Positions 1 through 10,235 of a stretch of DNA of 64,000 bases are shown here, one piece after another (within the stretch, counting starts at the first letter, position 1; every line of letters starts with the position of its first letter). This DNA is from Haliotis cracherodii (taxonomy: Eukaryota). The notes below the pieces were generated by a model that made no database searches, had not been told where the DNA came from, and saw nothing but the letters and a program-made list of their open reading frames with translations. The position numbers and the translations under genes are program-made. The stretch covers positions 35,092,001 through 35,156,000 of the forward strand of contig NW_027266270.1 of the NCBI RefSeq assembly GCF_022045235.1, in the 5' to 3' direction.

Positions 1-211
1 ATGTCTGAAATGCCATCAAGATGGTATATTACCCAGCACTTAACGACGGAAAGCAGTCCCATGGCCACTGGCTTATACTATCGAGTGACTTTTAATATCT
101 GGTATCATCAATGGGTGTTGTAGCTTTGATTTGCCAAGGGGTACTTGACACACTTGTTAAATGGCCGGCCCACCATTCGTGCACAACTTGAATCGGTTTT
201 AACTTTTTTAA

Positions 212-260
<49 letters not shown>

Positions 261-280
261 ATAATAATAATAATAATAAT
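212..280. repeat. Compound microsatellite (ACT)n followed by (ATA)n
   Basis: Directly visible trinucleotide runs; they explain the poly-S/poly-I stretch in ORF 92..505. Confidence 0.95.
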
Positions 281-925
281 TTTGACATAGAGGTCCATAC
301 ATGGTACGACCCAGAAATTGTAAAGGGCGTCATGGAAAATGATAAACACAAAATTCTTTAGAATAGGCCCGTATACAGCCTCAGACGTATCTAGACCAAC
401 AAACCTGATCTTGTACTTTTTGATAAATCCAACGAAATAATTTATATCATTGAATTTTCTGTCCCTTTTGACAGTAATGTGATTGACAATATTGAGGAAA
501 AACATGGCAAATATGCAGACCTCGCTTTCGAAATGTCACGCTTGTATCCCAAGTACCAAGTTGTCCGACTCCCTTTTGGTACCTCCCAATCTGTTGACTG
601 ACATTGGGAGAGTACCCGGGTTTGCAGCCCTTCTGACAATCTGGGTAACCCAGAAGGATGTAGTGTTGGGGAGCCTTCACATTCTCCGAAAAGGTTCTCC
701 GGTGTGTTCGACTAGGCAGCGCTTCCTGGGAGAAGTCCCATTCGCTGTCAGGGCTGCGTGTAGAGGGGGCAAGGGCCCTGAGCTGATGAAGAGCCTAACA
801 AGCCTGACAGGGCAAGGATCACCCAAACCCTTTTCGCTGCATTTAGTTATTTTAATGCATTATAAATAATTTAACTCGAGGACGTCTTATCCCGCAAAAA
901 TATTTGCATAAAATACTAATAAAGT
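281..925 (+). mobile_element. 5'-truncated, degenerate non-LTR retrotransposon 3' end with restriction-like endonuclease (R4/Dong/NeSL-like)
   Basis: Manual translation from 302 gives WYDPEIVKGVMENDKHKIL*NRPVYSLRRI*TNKPDLVLFDKSNEIIYIIEFSVPFDSNVIDNIEEKHGKYADLAFEM (PD..E..K..KY RLE motif). After a frameshift it continues TQKDVVLGSLHILRK, the typical C-terminal motif. The 3' boundary is approximate. Confidence 0.8.
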
Positions 926-1005
926 ATGTTTTCTTCCAGTAAATATAGTCATACAATAAGCGAATACCAAAGTGCGAACACAGGGTTTGGGGCACATGAA
1001 TGGAC

Positions 1006-1165
1006 TGAGTGAGTATGGTTTTACGCCGCGTTTAGCAATGTTCCAGCAATATCACGGCGGGGGACACCAGAAATGGGTTTCACACATTGTGCCCATGTGG
1101 GGAATCGAACCCGGGTCTTCGGCGTGACGAGCGAACGCTTTTACCACTAGTCTACCTCACCGCCC
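1006..1165 (-). mobile_element. tRNA-derived SINE, family A
   Basis: The minus strand starts GGGCGGTGAGGTAGACTAGTGGT (A box), contains GGTTCGATTCC (B box) and ends in an (ACTC)n tail. Near-identical copies lie at 30090 and 35226. Confidence 0.9.
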
Positions 1166-1724
1166 TTAATTAGGAGCTACTGAACACTTAGTTTCAGATT
1201 CCCATGGGACATGATTTCCATTGTTATATTAATTTTGTTTTACGTTTTTGTTTTCCATGAATACGAAGTCTTATTTTTTATATGGTATTCTGTAAGCTTT
1301 TTCTTATGGTAAGAACAGTTTTTCACCGAAGTGTGTTACTCAGAATGCTATGATGAGAGAAAACATATGCTATGATGTATATATATCTAAACCATATCAT
1401 GTCAACTTCCATAACAATAAGGATGGAGCGATGTTTATTTCCAAACATAAAGACTCCTAACTTGACAAACTGAGCTGGCTACAAGGGGATCTTCTTTGAG
1501 AGCGCCTGTGTGTCCAGCCTCAGTGCAGCCTGTAAATGTCATTTGTTTATCTATATCACTCAAACGTTGCACAGTCCACCTATATATCATCCCAACATCA
1601 AGTTATTGTATGAAGATGATATATATATAGTCAAAATTAATTTGTGGAAAATTCTGCCTTGCTTTCTGAATATTTAACATTTTAACTATCATTAAAGGAG
1701 GATTTTTAGAGAGGAACTTGATGA

Positions 1725-1850
1725 GAGCATGTCCACGATCGACGGCTGTTAGTATATATACGATATAAATCGTCAAAATGTATTTATAGAATGATCTGCC
1801 ACGGATTCTCAATCTTGAAAATTGTGAGCATGTCCACGATCGACGGCTGT
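1725..1850. repeat. 25-bp direct repeat pair
   Basis: GAGCATGTCCACGATCGACGGCTGT occurs at 1725-1749 and 1826-1850. Confidence 0.85.
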
Positions 1851-2606
1851 GAGAACGTGCGATGTAAGATACAACCTCGTCCTCATCAATCTCCTATACT
1901 GATTTCCAGGTCTCTCGCTGCCTTCATGAGTGGAATGTTTTCATTAAGAAGGGGGCATGCAGGTAAGTAAAAGACGAGATATCCTCTTCCTTATGAAACA
2001 TTTAAGTTGGGCATTAAATTATTTAACAATAAATATGCTTGAATAAATACGGTTCTGTGCATCAGTTTTTTAATAGTCATCAAATGTTGTCCGGTGGTGG
2101 ACGATCTCGCTAAGCCTAGAGTGCAATGTACATAATGTGAAATGTCGGCTTGTCTGTTGTGATGTTATAGGGTCTTACATATAAATTTCACATCGCAGCT
2201 CTGAGGTCTAAACGATGTCCAGGCCGCATGTGTGCCACTCAAATGCACCTTAAGAAAATACGCCCGGCAACGAATTATGATACAACGGCTTTGTATCGTT
2301 CAAGGCGTGAAGTCTATTTTAAACAATGTTTCTCGCCAGGCGTCATCAATATAAACTATACATTCCTGTACATGGAAGAATTGAATCTTGGGTACGTTAC
2401 AGGCAGGGTAGATAAATGTATGTGAATGCATACGGTGTTCGCAAAGAAATGTAATAATTGATAAATGTGCGAGTCCCAATTGTCAGCATATCTGGGGCAT
2501 TTTCATGTTTCACTATTCCACACAAGGCAACACCCTTCTACCATTTGTATGGTGTTATCAAGGAGGCGCCTGGCTTGCTGCAAATTGTTATCTACACCAA
2601 CGTTTA

Positions 2607-5420
2607 CTTACTTACTTACTTATATTGGAGATTTAACGTGCGCTTTCCGACTGCAAGCGTATGTCGCACACGGGCCCGGTCAGGCCATTTAATGTGTTTC
2701 CAAAAAGGGGAAAAGTGAGTTTGTGCAACCCAGGAGGGGGCTTTAGGGGTTACTTATATAGTAATTTTGAAATTTTGAGATTTGGAAAGAATGCCAAGAG
2801 TGGGTGGGGGACGAACTAAGGGAGCTGTGTGTGTTGGGTGGTTATCAAATAAGGTAGTTTTGGTTTTAATATTTTATTTGGGGTTTAAATGCGACTAATT
2901 AGTCCTGTTTTTATTAGGTATATGCCTAAGGCTTTGAATTTTTCTAATTTATTTTGTGGGTTTAGGATTGATTCTAGTGTAAGTCCGGTTTTAAGATTTA
3001 GGGTGGTCTGTAGTGTTGTTCGGTGTGTTTGGTAGTGTGTGCAGTGAATGAGTACGTGTTCTGGTGTTTCTTGTTGTTTGCAATGTGGGCAGTTTCCTGT
3101 TGTGTGTAGTTTAGCTATTTTACGGTGATTATTTAGTTTGGTGTGGCCTGTTTGTAGTTTGGTAATTATTCTGTCGATTTTTTTGGATGGGTGTAGTATT
3201 TTGGGTTTATTTAAGGGTTTTTTGAGTACTTTCCTGATTTGGCTATTTGAGTTTTGGTATATATTTTGCCATTTTTTGTTAATTTTTTGTTTAGTGACAC
3301 TTTTGATTTCTGATTTTGAGCTGGGTAAGTTTAAGCTTATTTCTGGGAGTTTAAGGGATATTTTTGCTGCTTTATCTGCCTTTTCATTTCCAAAGATTCC
3401 TACGTGGGCAGGGATCCAAATGAACTCTATTTGTTTACCTACCTTAGTTAAGTTGTTTGAGCTATTGAGTATTTGATTTATTAGTTTGGGGCGGTTTTTA
3501 GTGTTTTTATTTTTGAGGGCTTGTAGTCCACTGAGAGAGTCGGTTAGGATGAGGATTTTTTGGTGTTTTTTAGATTGCTGATTGTGTAGTGCTGAGGCCA
3601 TGCCCATTAGTTCGGCCGTGAATATGGATTGGTTGTTTGGGAGTCGGTAAGATTGTGTGTCTTTGGTTGGTTGTGCGATGTGGACTCCGAAACCTGTGTG
3701 TTTTGAGATCGGATCTGAGGATCCGTCTGTGTATATGTGACACCAATTTGGCCAATGTTCATGTATGTATGCTAGTGTGGTGGTTTTAGCGATGTTAGGA
3801 TCGGTCTGTTTATTTAGTGTATCGGCTAGTGTTGTGTCTATTTTTGGTATTTTAAGTTTTGGAGTGAAGATATTGGATGATTTATTGTTTTGTTTAAGAT
3901 TATTTATTTTGTGTTCGTTTAGGTAATTGGTTATTCTTTGGGAAATTGGAGTAAGTAGTGGATGTTTCCGGGCTAGGGCTTGGTTTCTAGGGCTAATATT
4001 TTGTTTTATTAAGTTTTCGATTAGTGGGTTTGATTGGGACGCGGCCCAGAAGTTTAGGGTAAGTTGTTCCCTACGTAGTTTAAGTGGCATTTCTCCTGTT
4101 AAGGCCTGGAGTGAGGTGGAAGAGGTGCCATGTTGAGTTCGTGTGATTAGTTTTAGGGCCTGATACTGGATTGAGTCTAGTTTTTTAATGAGAGAGTTGT
4201 TTAAGGTGTCGTAAATGGCACTGCCATAGTCTAGTTTGGACCTAATTAGTGATATATAGAGTGAGAGGAGGGTGTTTTTAGAGGCCCCCCAGTTGGAGCC
4301 GGTTAGGCATCTTAACGTGTTTAGGTCTTTGCTGCATCTGGTTACAAGGTTTTTAATGTGAGCATCCCAGGTGAGATGTTCATCGAAGATTAATCCTAAG
4401 AATTTGGTTTGTTTTTGGAATTTGATTGGTTTGTTGTTTAGTTGGAGGTTTAGGGTGGCGGGTTGCATATTTTTGTGTTTAAATACTATTCCTGTGGTTT
4501 TTTCTGAGTTTAGGGAGAAGCCCCATTTGTCAGCCCATTTTTGTATTTTATTTAGAGATTTTTGTAGTAAGTTTTGGGCCATTTTAATGCTTTTAGTGCG
4601 GATCCAGAGGGCTCCATCATCCGCGAATTTTGATGTGTTTACTTTGGGGGATAGTCCCTCGAATAAATCGTTAATCATAATATTGAAGAGGGTTGGGCTT
4701 AAGATGCTGCCCTGGGGAGTGCCATTTTCTAGGGGACATTGGTCCGATAGCGTTTGGTCTATGCCCACGGTGATTTTGCGGTTTGTTAGGAAACTTTGGA
4801 TGTAGTTAATTATTTGACCTTTAAGTCCTATTTTTTGTAGTTTTTGTATTAGTCCGTTATGCCAAACCATGTCGAATGCTTTGGAGAAGTCTAGAAAGAT
4901 GCCTGTAGTATATTGTTTGTTAAGTTGGCCTGTTTTAATGTCCTGCTCTAGTCGGGCGAGGTTATCTAAGGTTGAGCGTCCAGGAGTGAAACCGCTTTGG
5001 TCTGGATTTATTATGTTGTTTTGTTCTAAGTAGTGTTGTAACCTGTTTTTGGCCATTGATTCCATTACTTTGCATAAGTTAGAAGTTACGGAGATTGGTC
5101 TGTATGAATTAGCCTGGTCAGCTGGTTTATTGGGTTTGGGGATTGGTATGACCAGGGCTTGTTTCCAAGGTGATGGGACCTGTCCGTTTAGATATATGAG
5201 GTTATAGAGTTTCAGAAGAGTTTGGAGTAGTTTGGGTGGTAGTTGTTTAATTATCTGGTATGAAGTAAGGTCTAAGCCTGGGGCTGTGCCCTTTTTCCTA
5301 TTTTGTAGGACGTGGAGTAGTTCTTCCATTGTGAAATGGAGATTAATTTCTAGGTTATTATCTTTTGGCTCTTTGGTAAATTTGGTTTCTGCTTTTAGTT
5401 GTTCCTGGAATTTTTGGTTG
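2607..5420 (-). mobile_element. 5'-truncated LINE, I/Nimb clade, with (TAAG)n tail and 11-bp TSD
   Basis: TSD ACCAACGTTTA at 2596-2606 and 5421-5431, a (CTTA)n tail at 2607-2622, and an uninterrupted ORF2 remainder. Confidence 0.93.
2885..5420 (-). CDS. LINE ORF2 remainder: reverse transcriptase, RNase H and CCHC; lacks the endonuclease and a true start
   Basis: RT motifs YRPISVTS, QSGF, FLDFSKAFD, GTPQGSILSP and FADD; RNase H motifs IYTDGS, AEL, TDSLS and WIPAHVGIFGNEKAD; zinc knuckle CPHC...EHVLIHC. The track's start codon lies inside the TSD. Confidence 0.9.
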
Positions 5421-5643
5421 ACCAACGTTTAACGTACAGAGCGTTTCATACGTTCTTCGGGCACTACGGCGCATCGGGGGACTAATCCAATCACAGCAAA
5501 AGCAAGGACAAGACACTACACATTAGTACAATAATTTCCCTTTGACTGCTAACATTTTGTTAGGCACGCTTTCCTCATTGGTGTACAGCTTTCAATACAT
5601 TATCTCCCTTTAACTGTTCGCAACGGCCTCCCTGACTTATGTT

Positions 5644-5675
<32 letters not shown>

Positions 5676-6620
5676 CATTGGTTGTGTTTGTTGTTTAATG
5701 CCGCAATCAGCAGTATTCCAGCTATAAGACGGCGGTCTGTTAATAATTGTCTAGACAATGTGACTATTAGCGCAGCGTGTACAAACTGGTGTCTATGTTT
5801 ATAGCTCAGGTCAACAATAATAACTTCACAGACTGGTTAGTTAATAATAAACATATATATGTGGTTTACTGTTAAGACATAATCAGATATTACGAGTTTA
5901 TTATAAAGCCCTACCCAACATAATATATACATTGCCTTAGGCTAGTAGATGTAGATTTTGTCGCTTCATACTGATTTAGAATAAGAATATAAGGAACTGT
6001 GAGACATTCTTTTAAACAATTCTTCCAAATAATGTTCATTTCATTTTCGACTGCTGTTTTTATCAATCATGCTTAAGTTTGCAAATACATAATGTGGTGA
6101 AACCATAGAAAATACTCATGAAAAAGTTCATATAATTGAAAGCAATCATTAAAAAGTCTTCTCACTTCTATGCAAGACTAATATAATATTTGCATGCCGT
6201 CCAGACATATGACTCCAATTTGAGGGTTTTAGAGTGGAAATAATTGTGAATGTTGTACTTTGTAAATGAACATGGCATTCTACGGGTTAATGCGCAATAA
6301 GAACACGTATTTTGTGAATGAATAATGAATTGCGCATGACGCCACAGGCAGAAGAGGTTGGTTACAGTGAGTTTGCTGATTTCTCTATATTTTTGTATGT
6401 ACATGTAGGCTTAATGTGTTATAAACATGTATGATATCAGATCCAATTAAACCTTTAGAAACGATGATTACAGCGTGTGTATTTTTGTGGTTTATTGAAA
6501 AGCGATGATTAGATACGCGTGCATTTAGCCCTACTCAATAAACTTTTTAAGCACCAATGTCTAGGACGTCCATGTTGTGGCTTCACTTTAGTTCAGAATC
6601 ATTATATACGGAACCTCTAA

Positions 6621-6980
6621 TCCGGGTTGATACAATATTCTCATAAGTTACTTGACTAATGTCTACCAATAGTGGATAAAGGTAATTTTAAAAAAACAAA
6701 GGTTGGCGTTTAGTTGAGCCGGCGACATTTTAAACTGACTGCCGACTTGTCAAGGGGATTACCGTTATTGGTCAGCGTGTCAATCTTGAATTGACACGCA
6801 GCCGGTGACTGTAATCCGAACTGACATCTATTGTCGAAATTATGTCTCGCGGCATGTTTTTACAACCTAAGTGAGTTACCGTCATTTGTGTGAGATGCCA
6901 GCCTTTGTTTTTTTTATTACCTTTATCCACTATTGGTAAGCATTAGTAGGTAACCTATGATAATATTGTGTCAACCCGGA
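6621..6980. mobile_element. MITE-like element with ~65-bp imperfect terminal inverted repeats and a central hairpin
   Basis: TCCGGGTTGATACAATATT...ACCAATAGTGGATAAAGGTAAT pairs with ATTACCTTTATCCACTATTGGT...AATATTGTGTCAACCCGGA. The central GCGTGTCAAT/ATTGACACGC hairpin lies at 6775-6799. Confidence 0.75.
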
Positions 6981-7046
6981 ACAACACATGAAATAACAAA
7001 GGAACTAATGGTGACAATAATTTAAAATAATGTTTTCAAAACTTAA

Positions 7047-7189
7047 CCAATCAGAGTTTGCTATGCGTCCCTCCACTATATAAGTAGGTGCAGTTTGACC
7101 ACTTAGTCACACTGCAGCTGAAAAAAATCCTGGGACGCTAGCAACTCTGATGTTATCATTTGTTTTCAATTCTTCCATTCTATTTTAAG
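7047..7189 (+). promoter_or_regulatory. Candidate Pol II core promoter and non-coding first exon, probably of the SGNH-esterase gene
   Basis: CCAAT at 7047, TATATAAG at 7077, Inr-like TTAGTC with A at 7105 (28 nt after the TATA start), and a strong donor AAG|GTAAGA at 7189/7190. The coding exon at 13119 is directly preceded by an acceptor (tttttcagcag). Confidence 0.55.
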
Positions 7190-7279
7190 GTAAGACATTT
7201 CCATGCGTTGTTTCAATGGTTGTTTTCATTCATGAAATGAACATGGAAGAGCTAACAAGACTAGCTCAAACAGTAGGCA

Positions 7280-8130
7280 AAAATGGGATAATCCTTGTGA
7301 CTTTAATGCCCACAGCCCTCTTTGGGAAGACAGGAATGATTCATGCAAATACGGCAAAATAGTAGACAAATGGGTTGAGGACGACAATCTCATAACTCTG
7401 AACAACGGCAGTCACACACGTTATGACCAAGTCCACAACACGTGGAGTTCCAATTGATCTCACAATTGCCACCAAAAACCTCGCCTCACATTGCCAATGG
7501 CAAATCCATGATGACACTTGGGGAAGCGATCACCTACCTATACTACATAGGTAGCCCACCACATTTAGAGAAACAGCCCAATCATCAGCCCACATGGGAC
7601 TATGCAAAGGCTGACTGGCCTAAATTCAGGAAGGAATGTATATCATTCAAGTCCACAGAAACTGCCTCGGATGATCCTGATCTTTTTAGCCAAAATCTCA
7701 CCTCAGCAATTATTGCCGCAGCTGAAAAATCAATTCCAAAAGAAGACCACAAAACTTGGCAAAACGCCGGTACCATGGTGGAACACAGAGACATAGCAAA
7801 TGCTAGGAGAGTGAGAAAGAAAGCCCTAAATAGGTCAAAAAGGGATAAATCAGCCTTCACCCAAGTCCGAGCAGCCAGGACAAAAGTAAGACAACTCTTA
7901 AACGATTTTAAAAAAGAGTCATGGCAGACCTTCTGTATGAGAAAACAAATGCTAAAACAGTCTGGAGCAAAATACACGCAATCAGGGGTAAGCGTAAAGC
8001 CACAAAAATTTCCAAGTTAGCCAACGCCCATACAGTCAAAGAAAAGGCCAACATTCTAACTGAGCACTTCTCATCTGTCAGCAGCAACACAAATTGCAGC
8101 GAAGAATTCTAACAGGAAAAAATGCTTATG
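7280..8130 (+). pseudogene. Degenerate LINE APE-endonuclease/linker fragment (I-group)
   Basis: Frameshifted motifs DFNAHSPLW, TLNNGSHTR, SSIDLT, SDHLPI, WDYAKADW, PVPWWN and VWSKI. Confidence 0.8.
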
Positions 8131-8545
8131 CCTAAGATCTCAAAACGGCCGCAAAGCAAGCATCTGGTATAAAATATACCATTTACTGTGACATAGTTTG
8201 ATGATGCCATGTAGTGAACCATTCACAATATATATATATATAAAATACAAAAAATATATCAACATGGCGAGTGACATGTCAACGGTTCTTTCTAAATATC
8301 TTACACGGACATAAATATATTTGGACACATTTTTATATCTTTTAGCCTTTAGGTGAAACAGCTCTACAGAGTTTTAAAATATTTGGCCACTAGTAGTATT
8401 TATTTGGAATATATGTATACAGAATTCTTTGTTGGAGTAGAGCTTCGCATCTGTAAAGATAGTGAAACTCCTACTGAAAGTGAATCACGGAGGTGAAAAA
8501 GTCTTTCTTCTCTTGGTATATTCTGCCATCGGTCAAAGACAGTAA

Positions 8546-8804
8546 GGTTGGTTGGTTGGTTTGTTTTCAACGACGCACTCAGCTATATGACGGCGGTATG
8601 TAAAATAATCGAGTCTGGACCAGACAATCCAGTGATTGACAACATGAGCATCGATCCTCGCAATTGGGATCGATGACTTGTATCAACCAAGTCAGCGAGC
8701 CTGACCCCCCGATCCCGTCAGTCGCTTTTACGACAAGCATAGTCGCCTTTAACGACAAGTATGGGTTGCTGAAGACCTATTCTATCCCGGAATCTTCACG
8801 GGTC
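8546..8804 (-). mobile_element. SINE-like repeat, family B
   Basis: About 260 bp, homologous to 13863-14095, 17203-17462 and 39233-39494. It has a (GGTT)n/(GTTT)n tail, and the minus strand starts GACCCGTGAAGA. Confidence 0.85.
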
Positions 8805-8849
8805 AAAAGTCAGTTAGGAGACAATCGAGTGGTAGGAGACAATGGAGTG

Positions 8850-9290
8850 GTAGATTTACATTTCTAGCTCTTTTTAATAAGCAGTGCATCTCTTTCGTCG
8901 CACTTCCAATCACTGCTTTTATTCCCATAACAGATCTTCTGTTTCTATTGAATTTTATTCCTAGGTATGTATACATGTAAGTGTCTTCTGTTTCCAGTGA
9001 CCGTCTATTTAAAAGAATCATTTTTTTAGGATTTAGCCGGTCCTCCTCCAAAAATTAAAACCATGGTTTTTGATATACTAACGTTTAGTTTCCACCTAAT
9101 ACAGTAGGTTTGAAACACATCTAATGAATGTTGTAGACCTTGGTGTGTTTCGCTAAGAAGTACAGTGTCGTCTGCATATAGGGGTACATGATATACTAAG
9201 TCTTGTAAACAATTTATTTCATTTTCAATCACACATGGGAGTTCACCACATCCACTCAATATCACGTGCGCATACATCACATACAAACAC
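8850..9290 (-). pseudogene. Degenerate LINE RT fragment; an upstream part of a similar element lies at ~10240-10830
   Basis: LYADDTVLLSE...WKLNVSISKT..IF and YTYLGIKF motifs in ORFs 9026..9286 and 8803..9051. Confidence 0.8.
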
Positions 9291-9395
9291 TGCCCACATA
9301 CTCATCCATCAATCACAAAAAAACATATACAATATATACATCACTGCCCGGCACGTTGTCGCCGGAGAAACATTGACGTCCCTTTTGCGGCCAGA

Positions 9396-10235
9396 GGTTT
9401 ACACAAGCTGACACACTGCATAAGAAGCGAAGTTGATCACAATATATAGAAATGGGTTCCGTGTGTGCGTGTGTGTGTGCGTCCCGAAATCGTTTCCAGA
9501 GCGTAACTCAAAAACCGTTAAATAATTTCTACAAAACTTTGCATGTTTACCAGACACATACTGAACTGGTGCCTTTTGCTATTTAGGAATTTTATAAATT
9601 TTTATTTTTCTACGTTTCCAAAGCAACAAGTTGGACTTAGGTTCTATAGGGTAGAGTTTGTTTCCGGAGCATAACTCAAAACCCATTCAATACTTTCCAA
9701 CAAAAACTGCATGTTTACCAGACACATACTGGACTGGTGCCTCTTGCTATTAAGGAATTTAGAAGTTTTTTATTTTTCACGTTTCCATGGCAATAAGTTG
9801 TACTTAGGCTCTACAGGGGTGTTCGTTTCCAGAGTGTAACTCAAAAACCGTTAAATACTCTATTACAAAACTTTGCATGTCTACCAGGCACATACTGAAC
9901 TGGTGCCTTTTGATATATAGCACTTTTTATTGTTTATGTTTCCATGACAACAAGTTGGATTTCAGTTTTAATATAGGATTGATTTACTTTAGTAGTATAA
10001 CAAAGAAACTGTTAAATATTTCCTTGCCAAACATTGCATGTCTATATATAAAGTGCATACTGAACTAGTGCCATTTGATATTAAGGAGTTTTAGAAATGT
10101 TTATTTTAGAATTTCCATTGCAGTTTTGACATGGGCTAAGAGGAATGTTGGGACATGATCAGTTACCTGGTTTGGGACCATAACGTGTTAAAATGGGCGG
10201 GGGATATAGATGACTTTGTCAACTATACGCTTGTT
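9396..10235. mobile_element. Non-autonomous Helentron/pearl-like element with ~170-bp internal tandem repeats
   Basis: A (GT)-rich microsatellite near the left end, 3-4 copies of GTTTCCRGAG..TAACTCAAAA...ACATACTGAACTGGTGCC, a short subterminal inverted repeat and a CTTGTT end. It is related to 47580-48463. The class assignment is inferred. Confidence 0.55.

Noticed and set aside
783-815. Hammerhead ribozyme core CTGATGA (also at ~16548)
   Set aside because: No properly placed GAAA or supporting stems I/III could be built.
1100-1165. Genuine tRNA genes (also at 25268, 30190, 35320, 50870 and 63065)
   Set aside because: They are embedded in multi-copy SINE bodies, several with tails and TSDs, and their cloverleaf stems are imperfect.
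1910-1962. Isolated exon-like segment (TTCCAG|...GCAG|GTAAGT)
   Set aside because: The splice signals are good but there is no recognisable peptide or partner exon in the window; it cannot be supported without RNA data.
3138-5432. Plus-strand ORFs overlapping the LINE
   Set aside because: Antisense shadows of the LINE ORF2.
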